Origin: Ruminococcaceae bacterium UBA7127
GTDB taxonomy: Bacteria; Bacillota; Clostridia; Oscillospirales; Acutalibacteraceae
Length of the DNA: 64,000 nucleotides
Reading direction: 5' to 3'
Assembly: GCA_002493005.1 (NCBI GenBank)
Contig: DKXL01000029.1
Span: 30,789 to 94,788 of the forward strand
The position numbers were made by a program, and so were the translations under genes. A model generated the notes under the pieces. It did no database searches and was not told the origin of the DNA. It worked only from the letters and a program-made list of their open reading frames with translations. Of the stretch, positions 47,439 through 57,428 are shown piece by piece (the stretch's first letter is position 1; each line of letters starts with the position of its first letter).

Positions 47439-48771
47439 ATTCTGTGTTTCTTGAAATCAACACCAAATCTTTGTTGTCGGTTACACCGTCAAGATTGTAG
47501 TCAGCCGCGGTGATGTTGACGGTTGACAGAAGTTTGGAATCGATAAAATACTCCATTAGCATCGAAATATCGTTTGATTTTATATTGCCTTCGCCCGTCA
47601 CATCGCCTTTGACCGCAACAAGGTAAGTCTTTGAGCCGTATTTTACCTGATACCCGGTTTTCATTTTACCGCTTTTTACAACAGAGCCATCGGCGTCATA
47701 AACGGTGCAATCGCCTGAGAATTGCTTTTTAAACTGTGATACAGTCGTTTTGCTTTCAACGGCTGTTATTATTCCGTTTGAATTAATTTTATAGTTTATA
47801 TTGGGAGGTTTGCCGTTATCACTGCTGTTTTCATTACTGCTTTGCGCAGATTCTTTCTTGTAATCGGAAGATGTCAGCACAAATACGTTATTGTTTGATG
47901 TAACAACGGCTGACTTGTTGCCATGAGCAAGTACTGATTTTATCGTATCGTCAAATTTGATTGATTTTGCATTTGAGTTAAGGTATGCGGTATCTCCAAT
48001 CGAATAATATGTATAGCTATTGTGTACAGCAACGCAATTTGTTTGTACATTGGATAAATAGCTTGTTTTTCCGTCTGTCAAACAGACAAGTTCACCACCG
48101 CTTGTAAAAATGTAATCAACCCCTGCATTGTATATTTCACTGTTGCCGCTTGATATCCGAGCACAATATGTATAATTTGAGATTGTAAGTCCGTAAATTG
48201 AGCCGTCATACAGCACTAAATATGTTTTGCCGTTATTGTTGAAAATCGCCGTTACATTAGTGTTGAATTTATAATTTTTGGTTTTGCCGTTTGACAAATT
48301 AATTTGCTTTACATATGCGTATATATCATCTTTTTTGAGAAGATAAACGCATTTGTCCGATACCGAAAAATGCTTAGGAGTTATCTTATTTTCTCCGAGC
48401 AGTTCATATGATTTACAACTGCCGTTTAAAGCATTAAGTTCATAAAGCAGAATATTATTTTCAATCGAGTCGGTATGTGCAAGTGCATAGGAAAAATTAC
48501 CGCTTTGACACATCGCTCTTACTTTGCCTTTTACCGAAATCTGTCTTGAACAAAAGTCAGGCAGTATTCTAACACAGCAAAAGCCCTGCGCGTTAAATCC
48601 ATAAACAAATGAACCTTTCTCGTTGTTGTCACAGCGTAGGGTGGTACAGTCGTTAATAATATCAGGATTATATTCGGTTAAAGCGTGACTTGTGATTGAA
48701 TTCTGTAAAATAATTGTGTATGCAATAAGCGCTATAGTTATAATTAATTTGAACTTCATTCCATAACTCAT
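47437..48771 (-). CDS. Secreted beta-rich protein with C-terminal dockerin
   Basis: Signal-like N-terminus; GDVTGEGNIKSND and ADYNLDGVTDNKD duplicated Ca-binding loops. Confidence 0.8.
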   Translation of the reverse strand: MSYGMKFKLIITIALIAYTIILQNSITSHALTEYNPDIINDCTTLRCDNNEKGSFVYGFNAQGFCCVRILPDFCSRQISVKGKVRAMCQSGNFSYALAHTDSIENNILLYELNALNGSCKSYELLGENKITPKHFSVSDKCVYLLKKDDIYAYVKQINLSNGKTKNYKFNTNVTAIFNNNGKTYLVLYDGSIYGLTISNYTYCARISSGNSEIYNAGVDYIFTSGGELVCLTDGKTSYLSNVQTNCVAVHNSYTYYSIGDTAYLNSNAKSIKFDDTIKSVLAHGNKSAVVTSNNNVFVLTSSDYKKESAQSSNENSSDNGKPPNINYKINSNGIITAVESKTTVSQFKKQFSGDCTVYDADGSVVKSGKMKTGYQVKYGSKTYLVAVKGDVTGEGNIKSNDISMLMEYFIDSKLLSTVNITAADYNLDGVTDNKDLVLISRNTE

Positions 48772-48809
48772 ACGTGATTAATAATCACTACCCCTAAAAT
48801 TATATAATT

Positions 48810-49763
48810 TTACTTAGTAGCTTCGGTTGTCACTGCAGTGGTTTCTTGTGCCGCTGACGGATCTACCTTTGTGTGTAGGTAATCATTAATCAAAAGACCC
48901 TTATCGTTTATCTCATAAGACATTTCCATTGGAACTTCTTCGCCGTTGTAATAATATGAAAGGGTAATTGTTTTGTCGTCGTATGTATAAATACCGTTGA
49001 CAACAAGCATATCGTTTTGATTATATTCAGCCGTGCCGTCTTCGTTAAAAGTAAGAGTCTGGAAAGCCATTCCGTTATCGAATTTCCACGAACCTACAAT
49101 TTTATCATTAGGTTTAAAATCCTTATCGGGTTCAAGCTGCGGAATATCAACTGCGGATTCTTTAAAAGTAAAGCTGTTATTACTTCCGTCACTTGCATTA
49201 TTACTAATGGTAAGTGTTAGGGTTCTGCCCGTAAAAACATTGCCGCTGATTTCATAGTTGTATGCAATCTCTCCGTTTGGAGTGCTGCAAGTAAGAAGTT
49301 TTGATCCGTCGTCGCTAACATCTGTTGTGTATGTACAAAGCAACTGCATTGAATCTTCCTTGATAGTCAGTTTGCCGTCACTTTCAATTATAAAGTATTC
49401 TTTAATCTTAGGCTCTTCGCCGGAAGATGTTGATGCTTCGTCAGCAGAAGCTGTGGGAGTTGTGTCAAGTTCCCATGTGCCGACAACACTTTGATTAAAG
49501 AAGCACTTGAAAACGAGCAATACGATTGCCGCAACAGCAACTATAACTATAGCAATAATTATGGGAATCTGAAGAAGCGGCTTTTTCTTCTTTGCAGGTG
49601 TTTTATCGGTTTCTGCGCTCAGTTCTGTGTTCTGTTCAAAATCCTGTCCAACAAATTCGTTATTTTGCTCAATTTCTTGTTCAACGTTTGAATCAGCGTC
49701 CTGCACAGCATTTTCTGTAAATGTATCTTCTGTGGTTAACATATCTTTATTTTCGTCCAACAA
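48810..49763 (-). CDS. Single-pass membrane protein with two repeated extracellular beta domains
   Basis: Acidic N-terminus, TM, repeats VVGTW../IVGSW..TFNEDGT; TTG start after AGGAGG. Confidence 0.75.
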   Translation of the reverse strand: MLDENKDMLTTEDTFTENAVQDADSNVEQEIEQNNEFVGQDFEQNTELSAETDKTPAKKKKPLLQIPIIIAIVIVAVAAIVLLVFKCFFNQSVVGTWELDTTPTASADEASTSSGEEPKIKEYFIIESDGKLTIKEDSMQLLCTYTTDVSDDGSKLLTCSTPNGEIAYNYEISGNVFTGRTLTLTISNNASDGSNNSFTFKESAVDIPQLEPDKDFKPNDKIVGSWKFDNGMAFQTLTFNEDGTAEYNQNDMLVVNGIYTYDDKTITLSYYYNGEEVPMEMSYEINDKGLLINDYLHTKVDPSAAQETTAVTTEATK

Positions 49764-49796
49764 AAAGACCTCCTAATTAATATCGGAATATTTTGA

Positions 49797-50531
49797 TTAT
49801 TCCATTTCCCAGTTATGCCATACGTTCTGAATATCATCATTGTCATCGAACATATCAAGCATCTTCTGCATCTTTGTCTGAGCTTCTTCATCCTCAAGTT
49901 TTGTGTATGTGCTCGGAACCATTTCAAGTTCAGCTGAAACAAATGAGTAGCCGAGCTTTTCAAGCTCATCTCTTACAGCGCCAAAATCTTCGGTTTCGGT
50001 GTAAATTGTAAACACATCATCGTCAGCCTCAAAGTCAGCCGCGCCGCATTCAAGAGCGTCGCCCATTACTGTATCCTCGTCCTTGTCAAGTTCTTCACGC
50101 TCAATCACAAGAACACCTTTTTTTGAGAACATAAAGCTAACACAGCCCTGTGTGCCCATATTTCCGCCAAACTTGTCAAAGTAATGTCTTACTTCTCCTG
50201 CGGTTCTGTTTCTGTTATCGGTCAAAGCCTCAACAATAACTGCAACTCCGTTTGGACCGTAGCCTTCATATGTAACTGCCTCATAGTTTGTTGAGTCGCT
50301 GTCGCTTGACGCCTTTTTGATAATACGCTCGATATTGTCATTTGGCACATTAGCAGCCTTTGCCTTTGCAATGCAGTCCTTTAGCTTTGAGTTTACTGAT
50401 GGGTCAGCACTGCCGCCCTCTTTGATTGCAACAATAAGTTCTCTGCCGATTTTTGTAAACACTTTAGCTCTTGCTGCGTCGTTTTTACCTTTTTTCTGTT
50501 TAATCGTACTCCATTTGTTATGTCCTGACAT
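49797..50531 (-). CDS. YebC/PmpR family protein
   Basis: MSGHNKWSTIK, YEGYGP, TDNRNRT. Confidence 0.96.
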   Translation of the reverse strand: MSGHNKWSTIKQKKGKNDAARAKVFTKIGRELIVAIKEGGSADPSVNSKLKDCIAKAKAANVPNDNIERIIKKASSDSDSTNYEAVTYEGYGPNGVAVIVEALTDNRNRTAGEVRHYFDKFGGNMGTQGCVSFMFSKKGVLVIEREELDKDEDTVMGDALECGAADFEADDDVFTIYTETEDFGAVRDELEKLGYSFVSAELEMVPSTYTKLEDEEAQTKMQKMLDMFDDNDDIQNVWHNWEME

Positions 50532-50633
50532 AAAATCAATCCTTTTTAATAAAGTGAATTTATCTTTATAAGTATATCACAACCAATTTAAGTAGTAAAC
50601 ATAAAAAGTTATTACAATTTTGTAATAACTCCA

Positions 50634-50662
50634 TTGTAATTTAATATTAATAATGGTATAAT
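50634..50662 (+). promoter_or_regulatory. Sigma-A promoter of the yloC operon
   Basis: TTGTAA-17 nt-TATAAT with extended TG. Confidence 0.6.
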
Positions 50663-50728
50663 ATTCTATAAATTTAAACACAGCATAAAATGCTGCCGAA
50701 TATGCAGCATCAGCAGAGGAGAATATCT

Positions 50729-51613
50729 ATGATAAAATCAATGACAGGTTTCGGCAGATGCCAGGCTGTTGTCAACGGCAGAGAAATTACCGTTGAAATC
50801 AAGAGCGTAAACCATCGTTATTTTGAATTTTTGTGCAGGACTCCGCGCAGCTACGGATTTTTGGATGACAAGCTGAAAAGTTATGTTAATTCAAGAGTTT
50901 CAAGAGGCAAGATTGACGTGTTTGTATCAATAGGCGCGTCTGACGAGATTCCTGCCGAGGTAACTGTAAACCATCAGCTCGTTTCCGGCTATCTAAATGC
51001 TTTTAAGGAATTATCGGATACTTACGGAATTACAAATGATGCAAGCGTAGTTGCTGTAACTCGTTTCCCCGATGTATTAACGGTTCACAAGCCGATTGAG
51101 GATGAAGAACAAATTACAACAGATGTTTTGCAGGTGGCACAGACTGCTATGGATTCGTTTGTTGATATGCGTGAGGCAGAGGGCGAGAAGATGAAAGATG
51201 ACATCCTAAGCCGTGCCAATACGATTATTTCGATAGTAAATGAAATCGAAAAGCGTTCGCCGCAGACAGTTTCGGAATACGAAAGCCGTTTGCTTGAACG
51301 CATTAAGCAGACACTTGCAGAAAACGATATAGACCTTGATGAACAACGTGTTCTTACAGAGGTTGCAATTTTTGCAGATAAGGTTGCCGTTGCAGAGGAA
51401 ACAGTTAGGCTTAAAAGTCACTTTGAACAGCTAAGCGAGTTTCTTGAGTACACAGAGCCTGTCGGCAGAAAAATCGACTTTATCATCCAGGAGATGAACC
51501 GCGAGGCAAATACAATCGGTTCAAAAGTTCAGGATGCAGTGCTTGCTCACAAGGTGGTTGACATCAAAAGCGAAATTGAGAAAATCCGTGAGCAGGTTCA
51601 AAACATTGAGTAA
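50729..51613 (+). CDS. YicC/YloC family endoribonuclease
   Basis: MIKSMTGFGR, KSVNHR, GRKIDFIIQEMNREANTIGSK, REQVQNIE. Confidence 0.95.
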   Translation: MIKSMTGFGRCQAVVNGREITVEIKSVNHRYFEFLCRTPRSYGFLDDKLKSYVNSRVSRGKIDVFVSIGASDEIPAEVTVNHQLVSGYLNAFKELSDTYGITNDASVVAVTRFPDVLTVHKPIEDEEQITTDVLQVAQTAMDSFVDMREAEGEKMKDDILSRANTIISIVNEIEKRSPQTVSEYESRLLERIKQTLAENDIDLDEQRVLTEVAIFADKVAVAEETVRLKSHFEQLSEFLEYTEPVGRKIDFIIQEMNREANTIGSKVQDAVLAHKVVDIKSEIEKIREQVQNIE

Positions 51614-51622
51614 GGTGATATA

Positions 51623-51880
51623 ATGAAGCTGATTAACATAGGATTCGGCAATCTTGTAAGCTCTGACAAGCTGATTGCAGTTGTTGCTCCCGACTCCGCT
51701 CCTGTCAAGCGAATTGTGCAGGACGCAAAAGCAAACGGCTTGTTGATAGATGCTACGTGCGGACGCAAATGTAAGGCTGTTATTATAGCCGAAAACAATC
51801 AGATCGTTCTTTCTGCTATATCTTGTGAAGCGATACAGAACAGGGCAAATGAAAGCGAGGAGCATAAAGATGAGCAATAA
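51623..51880 (+). CDS. remA: RemA/DUF370 family protein
   Basis: LINIGFGN, SAPVKR, IDATCGR. Confidence 0.88.
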   Translation: MKLINIGFGNLVSSDKLIAVVAPDSAPVKRIVQDAKANGLLIDATCGRKCKAVIIAENNQIVLSAISCEAIQNRANESEEHKDEQ

Positions 51881-52436
51881 AAAGAGAGGCAAGCTTGTTT
51901 TATACTCGGGTTCATCGGGCGTAGGCAAGGGCACATTACTTGGTGAGCTTATGAAAAAAGACGAGTCAATCCGCTTGTCTGTGTCAAACACGACCCGCAA
52001 GCCGCGTGAAGGCGAGATAGACGGTGTACACTATAATTTTTTGACGCGCAAGCAGTTTGTCGATTTGATTGACAAGGACGGCTATCTTGAGTATGCCGAG
52101 TATTGCGGCAACTACTACGGTACTCCCAAACAACAGGTTGAGGATATGCTCAGTGACGGCTACAACGTTTTTCTTGAGATTGAGGTGCAGGGCGGACTTC
52201 AGATAATGGACAAATATCCTGATGTACTCAGTATCTTTATCTTACCGCCGTCTATGGAGTCGCTTGAGCGCAGACTCAGACGCAGAGGAACAGAAACAGA
52301 GGATGTTATTTTTGAAAGGCTCAGTGAGGCAAAACGGGAAATGAGCTTTAAAAATCGTTACAAATATAATGTTGTAAATGACGATATAGACACAGCTGTT
52401 AATGAAATACTTGATATACTTCACAAAGAAGCCTAA
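51870..52436 (+). CDS. gmk: Guanylate kinase
   Basis: GSSGVGKGT, TTRKPREGEIDGVHY, YYGT. Confidence 0.96.
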   Translation: MSNKKRGKLVLYSGSSGVGKGTLLGELMKKDESIRLSVSNTTRKPREGEIDGVHYNFLTRKQFVDLIDKDGYLEYAEYCGNYYGTPKQQVEDMLSDGYNVFLEIEVQGGLQIMDKYPDVLSIFILPPSMESLERRLRRRGTETEDVIFERLSEAKREMSFKNRYKYNVVNDDIDTAVNEILDILHKEA

Positions 52437-52524
52437 CAATAGTATTACTATGGATGCAAAAGCATCTGTAATTATAAACCAAACCGTTTAATGAAAATTT
52501 ATTTTAATTATGAGGAGAATTATT

Positions 52525-52731
52525 ATGCACAGAGTAGACGTTGATGAATTATTTGCAGGCAAGCAGAGTAAGTATGCACTTGTAGTCGGTGTATCAAAAA
52601 GAGCAAGACAGATTACACAGACCTTTGAAGAAGAGGGCGTTGTAACAGAAGACAAACCTGTATTGCTCGCTATCGACGAAATCAAAAGCCACAGTATAAA
52701 TATCATAGAGCCTGACGAAGATGAGCTCTGA
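52525..52731 (+). CDS. rpoZ: RNA polymerase omega subunit
   Basis: SKYALVVGVSKRARQI, KPVLLAIDEI; follows gmk. Confidence 0.92.
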   Translation: MHRVDVDELFAGKQSKYALVVGVSKRARQITQTFEEEGVVTEDKPVLLAIDEIKSHSINIIEPDEDEL

Positions 52732-55162
52732 TTTGACAGCAAGAGTTGCAGTAGAAAAAACTACCTATACTTTTGATAAAATCTTTGACTATGCCGTTCC
52801 CGAATTTCTTTGTTCAAAGGCAAAAATAGGGGCAAGGGTACTTGTGCCGTTTGGCAGAGGCAACCGAAAACGTCAGGGAATTATATTTGAAATTCAAAAC
52901 AAAAATCCTGACGGACTTAAAAGTGTTATAAGTGTTCTTGATGATGAGCCTGTGCTGTCGTCAGAAATGATTAGTATGGCAGGTTTTATGAAGGAGCGTT
53001 ACTTTTGCACATATTACGATGCAGTAAAAACAATGCTTCCAACAGGCATCAACTACACAATAACCACGCTTTACGGCGCAAAACAAAGTTCTGATTTTGA
53101 TGAGAGCGTTCTTGATGATGAACAACAGCGCATTTATAATTATCTTGTTTTAAAGCGTAAGGCTGTAAAATCCGACAAGATACTTGATGATTTCGGATTT
53201 TCAAATACGGAAATTCTCGACAAAATGGTGTCGTTAGGCGCATTGTATAAGTCTGATGAGGCTTTTCGCAGGATATCCGACGCAGTTATGAAGATGGCGG
53301 CGCCCACAGAGCTTGCCCTGTCAGCTTCAATTAAACTTACCGAAAAACAAAGCAATGTGCTTGAACTGCTCAAGACGACCGGCGGCACTTCCGTAAAGGA
53401 AATCTGTTATTTTACAGGGGTTACCACCGGTGTAATTAACACGCTTTACAAAAAAGGTCTTGTATATTTTTATGACGAAGAAGTTTTCCGAATTGGCAAA
53501 CGCTTAAAAGATTTAAGTCTTGAACCAATAGCTTTATCAGACCAACAGCAGACGGCGTGCAACAATCTCTACAAAGAGTATTGCGATTTACAGCCGCACA
53601 CAAGTTTGCTCTACGGAATAACGGGTTCGGGTAAAACCAGTGTGTTTATGAAGCTGATTGAAAAGGTGATTGACGATGATAAGGGCATTATAGTAATGGT
53701 GCCCGAAATCTCGCTTACACCGCAGTTTGTTTCATTGTTTTCAAGACGTTTTGGTGATAAAATTGCAGTTTTTCACAGCGCTTTGTCACTTGGTGAACGT
53801 CTTGATGAATACAAAAGAGTAAAAAAAGGTCTGGCAAAAATTGTAATAGGAACTCGCAGTGCCGTGTTTGCTCCGTTTGAGAAAATCGGACTTATTATAA
53901 TGGACGAGGAGCAGGAGTACAGCTACAAGTCAGAAAACTCACCACGCTATCATGCACGCGAAATTGCAAAATTCAGATGTGCGCACAACAATGCGCTTTT
54001 GGTGCTCAGCTCGGCAACACCGAGTGTAGAAACCTTTTATTATGCGAATAGCGGACGTTATTCGCTCAATACTTTGACCTCTCGCTACGGCAGTGCAACA
54101 CTTCCGAATGTAGTGACTGCCGATATGAATGTTGAGGTGCAAAACGGCAATGCAACGGGATTTTCAAATGTTTTACTTGAGAATCTGAATAATAATCTTG
54201 AAAACGGCAAGCAATCAATTTTGCTTTTGAACAGACGAGGATACAATACCTTTGTAACCTGCCGAACATGCGGCGATGCGGTTGCGTGTCCAAACTGTTC
54301 GATTTCGCTGACATATCACAGGGTTAATAACAGGCTTATGTGTCACTATTGCGGTTATTCCGTGCCGTATTCCGACGAGTGCCCAACCTGTCACAGCAAA
54401 ACGCTGCGCTTTGGCGGTGCAGGAACTCAAAAGGCAGAAAAAGACATATCAGAGATATTCCCCGACGCTCGTATTTTAAGAATGGACACAGATACCGCCT
54501 CATCAAAATCGTCTTATGAAAAGATGATTTCAGCGTTTTCAGATGGAAAATATGACATACTCATTGGCACCCAAATGGTTGCAAAAGGTCTTGATTTTCC
54601 AAATGTTACGCTTGTAGGAGTATTAAATACCGACCAAATGCTTTACGCTGACGATTATCGCAGCTATGAGCGTTCGTTTTCGTTGCTTACACAGGTTGTT
54701 GGCAGAAGCGGCAGAGGAACGTCAAAGGGAATGGCTGTTATTCAGTCGTATACCCCCGATAACCTTATAATTTCTATGGCGGCAAATCAGGACTATAACG
54801 CATTTTATAATACAGAAATCAAAATCCGTAAGGCAATGCTGTATCCGCCGTTTGCCGACATTTGTCTTGTAGGATTTGTGGGAGAAAAGCAACACCTTTC
54901 CTTAAAGGCGGCGAACGCATTTTTGCAGTCGTTTATCGAGCTTGCAAAAAGAGATTATCCGCAAATACCTCTCAGAATATTGGGACCGTCACCTGCAACC
55001 GTGGTAAAGGTCAGCAATAAATTCAGATATAAGTTAATAATAAAATGTAAAAATAACCGAGAATTCCGCAAGCTTTTGTCAACACTTTTGATTGACTTCG
55101 GCGAAAACAAGGAATTTTCAAATGTTACGGCTTATGCCGATATGAATGCTTTGATTTGTTAA
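52721..55162 (+). CDS. priA: Primosomal protein N'
   Basis: GITGSGKT, VPEISLTPQ, DEEQ, Cys-rich region, GTQMVAKGLDF. Confidence 0.96.
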   Translation: MSSDLTARVAVEKTTYTFDKIFDYAVPEFLCSKAKIGARVLVPFGRGNRKRQGIIFEIQNKNPDGLKSVISVLDDEPVLSSEMISMAGFMKERYFCTYYDAVKTMLPTGINYTITTLYGAKQSSDFDESVLDDEQQRIYNYLVLKRKAVKSDKILDDFGFSNTEILDKMVSLGALYKSDEAFRRISDAVMKMAAPTELALSASIKLTEKQSNVLELLKTTGGTSVKEICYFTGVTTGVINTLYKKGLVYFYDEEVFRIGKRLKDLSLEPIALSDQQQTACNNLYKEYCDLQPHTSLLYGITGSGKTSVFMKLIEKVIDDDKGIIVMVPEISLTPQFVSLFSRRFGDKIAVFHSALSLGERLDEYKRVKKGLAKIVIGTRSAVFAPFEKIGLIIMDEEQEYSYKSENSPRYHAREIAKFRCAHNNALLVLSSATPSVETFYYANSGRYSLNTLTSRYGSATLPNVVTADMNVEVQNGNATGFSNVLLENLNNNLENGKQSILLLNRRGYNTFVTCRTCGDAVACPNCSISLTYHRVNNRLMCHYCGYSVPYSDECPTCHSKTLRFGGAGTQKAEKDISEIFPDARILRMDTDTASSKSSYEKMISAFSDGKYDILIGTQMVAKGLDFPNVTLVGVLNTDQMLYADDYRSYERSFSLLTQVVGRSGRGTSKGMAVIQSYTPDNLIISMAANQDYNAFYNTEIKIRKAMLYPPFADICLVGFVGEKQHLSLKAANAFLQSFIELAKRDYPQIPLRILGPSPATVVKVSNKFRYKLIIKCKNNREFRKLLSTLLIDFGENKEFSNVTAYADMNALIC

Positions 55163-55237
55163 GCAAACACTATTAGTAAAATTTATTAGTGCTTGCCGGC
55201 AAATTAATAATTGATTATGATTGAAAGAGGAAACATA

Positions 55238-55711
55238 ATGGCAATCAGACAAATTGTAAAAGAAGGAGATCCGGTACTCACCAAAAAGTGCAGACCGGTA
55301 GAAAAATTTGATGCTCGGCTTGCTCAACTGCTTGACGATATGGCTGAAACTCTGCATCTTGCAAACGGTGTAGGGCTTGCCGCTCCGCAGGTGGGAATAT
55401 TAAGACGTGCAGTAATAGTTGATGTGGGCGAGGGAGTAATTGAGCTTATCAACCCCAAAATCATTGCTTTCAGCGGCGAACAGGAGTCACTTGAGGGTTG
55501 TTTGTCGTGTCCGGGTGAGTGGGGAATTACCCGCCGTCCCGATTACGTTAAGGTTAAAGCACAGGACAGAAACGGCAATGAATTTACCGTTGACGGAAGA
55601 GAACTTCTTGCTAAGGCTTTTTGCCATGAGCTTGATCACCTTGACGGAATTATATACAAGCAAAAAGCAATCAGAATGTTAACACCCAAAGAGATTGAAG
55701 AATTGGGATAA
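55238..55711 (+). CDS. def: Peptide deformylase
   Basis: GVGLAAPQVG, EGCLS, HELDHLDG. Confidence 0.96.
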   Translation: MAIRQIVKEGDPVLTKKCRPVEKFDARLAQLLDDMAETLHLANGVGLAAPQVGILRRAVIVDVGEGVIELINPKIIAFSGEQESLEGCLSCPGEWGITRRPDYVKVKAQDRNGNEFTVDGRELLAKAFCHELDHLDGIIYKQKAIRMLTPKEIEELG

Positions 55712-55764
55712 TCTTTGGTGCTGATATTGCTTTTTGATTTAGCTTAACTATAAGAAGGAACGAT

Positions 55765-56682
55765 ATGAAGATTATTTATATGGGCACTCCTGATTTTGCA
55801 GTGCCTTCACTTAAAGCACTTGCAAATTCAGAACACGAGGTTGTCGCCGTATTCACTCAGCCCGACAAGCCAAAGGGCAGAAAGATGATTTTAACTCCGC
55901 CTGATGTCAAGGTTTGTGCCGCAAAGTTGAACATTCCCGTTTATCAGCCGACTACATTCAAAGACGGAAAGGCGCTTGAAATTATAAATAGTTATAATCC
56001 GGATGTAATCGTTGTTGCAGCTTACGGAAAAATTTTGCCAAAGTCGGTGCTTGACGCTCCAAAATACGGTTGTGTTAATATTCACGGCTCACTGTTGCCA
56101 AAGTACAGAGGTGCCGCGCCGATTCAGCAATCCGTACTAAACGGCGATAAGATAACAGGCGTAACCACAATGCTTATGGATGTCGGACTTGACACAGGCG
56201 ATATCCTTATGACGGCTCAGACTGAGATTGGCGAAAACGAAACATCGGGAGAATTGTTTGACCGCCTTGCAATTTTGGGCGGTGGTTTGATACTCGATAC
56301 ACTTTTCGCTCTTGAAAACAATACAGTAACGCCGCAAAAACAGGATGAGAGCAAAGCGTGTCACACTTCTAAAATTGACAAAAGCTATTGCCCGATTGAT
56401 TTTACAAAATCAGCGGCAGAGGTTCACAATCAAATCAGAGGGCTTAATCCCTGGCCGATAGCAACAACACAGATTTGCGGCAAAAATATCAAAATATATT
56501 CCTCTCGTTTGTGTGAAAAAAGCGGTAAATCGGGTACTATAATCAGTGTAAAGCCATTTGTTGTAGCCTGCGGCGAAGGTTCGGTAGAAATTCTTGAACT
56601 TCAGCCGGAGGGAAAAAAGCGAATGTCGTCAGATGCATTTATTGCTGGGCACAAGCTGTGTGAGGGCGACACAATAGGCTGA
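55765..56682 (+). CDS. fmt: Methionyl-tRNA formyltransferase
   Basis: MGTPDFA, HGSLLPKYRGAAPI, GLDTGD. Confidence 0.96.
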   Translation: MKIIYMGTPDFAVPSLKALANSEHEVVAVFTQPDKPKGRKMILTPPDVKVCAAKLNIPVYQPTTFKDGKALEIINSYNPDVIVVAAYGKILPKSVLDAPKYGCVNIHGSLLPKYRGAAPIQQSVLNGDKITGVTTMLMDVGLDTGDILMTAQTEIGENETSGELFDRLAILGGGLILDTLFALENNTVTPQKQDESKACHTSKIDKSYCPIDFTKSAAEVHNQIRGLNPWPIATTQICGKNIKIYSSRLCEKSGKSGTIISVKPFVVACGEGSVEILELQPEGKKRMSSDAFIAGHKLCEGDTIG

Positions 56683-56698
56683 TTGAAAGGAGAAAATT

Positions 56699-57400
56699 AT
56701 GCCTTTTTTCTATGGATTTGACTGGACATATATCGTGTTTATTCTTCCTTGCATTATAATCACGCTGATATGTCAGATTAATGTAAAATCGACTTTTTCA
56801 AAGTATTCAAAAATCAGAAATTCACGTAATCTTACAGGCGCTCAGGCGGCTGAATACGTACTCCGCCAAAACGGAGTAGCAGGTGTAAGGATTGAACATG
56901 TTGCAGGCAGTATGACAGACCATTTTGACCCGCGCACCAATGTAATCAGACTTTCTGACACTGTTTACAACAGCAATTCGGTTGCAGCTGTAGGTGTTGC
57001 CTGTCACGAGGCAGGTCATGCAGTTCAGCATGCACAGAACTATCTTCCAAACCGCATAAGAACAGCAGTATTGCCAATGGCAAGACTCGGTTCGGGACTT
57101 AGCTGGATTTTTATCATTATCGGACTTTGCTTTACGGCAAAGGTAGGATTTACATTTTTGTACATCGGCATCATTTTGTTTTCGCTTTCTGTTTTGTTCA
57201 CACTTGCAACATTACCTGTTGAATTTAACGCGTCAAAGCGTGCGCTCGACACAATCAAAAGCGGAGATTTGCTTTATGGTGATGAATACACAGGTGCAAA
57301 ACGCACATTACAGGCGGCGGCAATGACTTATGTTGCGGCTGCACTCACTGCAATTATGCAGCTTTTAAGACTTGTTTTAATTGCACAAAGACGCAGATAA
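56699..57400 (+). CDS. Membrane zinc metallopeptidase (YugP-like)
   Basis: TDHFDP, HEAGHAVQH, TLPVEFNAS, AAMTYVA. Confidence 0.9.
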   Translation: MPFFYGFDWTYIVFILPCIIITLICQINVKSTFSKYSKIRNSRNLTGAQAAEYVLRQNGVAGVRIEHVAGSMTDHFDPRTNVIRLSDTVYNSNSVAAVGVACHEAGHAVQHAQNYLPNRIRTAVLPMARLGSGLSWIFIIIGLCFTAKVGFTFLYIGIILFSLSVLFTLATLPVEFNASKRALDTIKSGDLLYGDEYTGAKRTLQAAAMTYVAAALTAIMQLLRLVLIAQRRR

Positions 57401-57428
57401 ATAAATTAACGGAGTAAAGAAGCAGACT

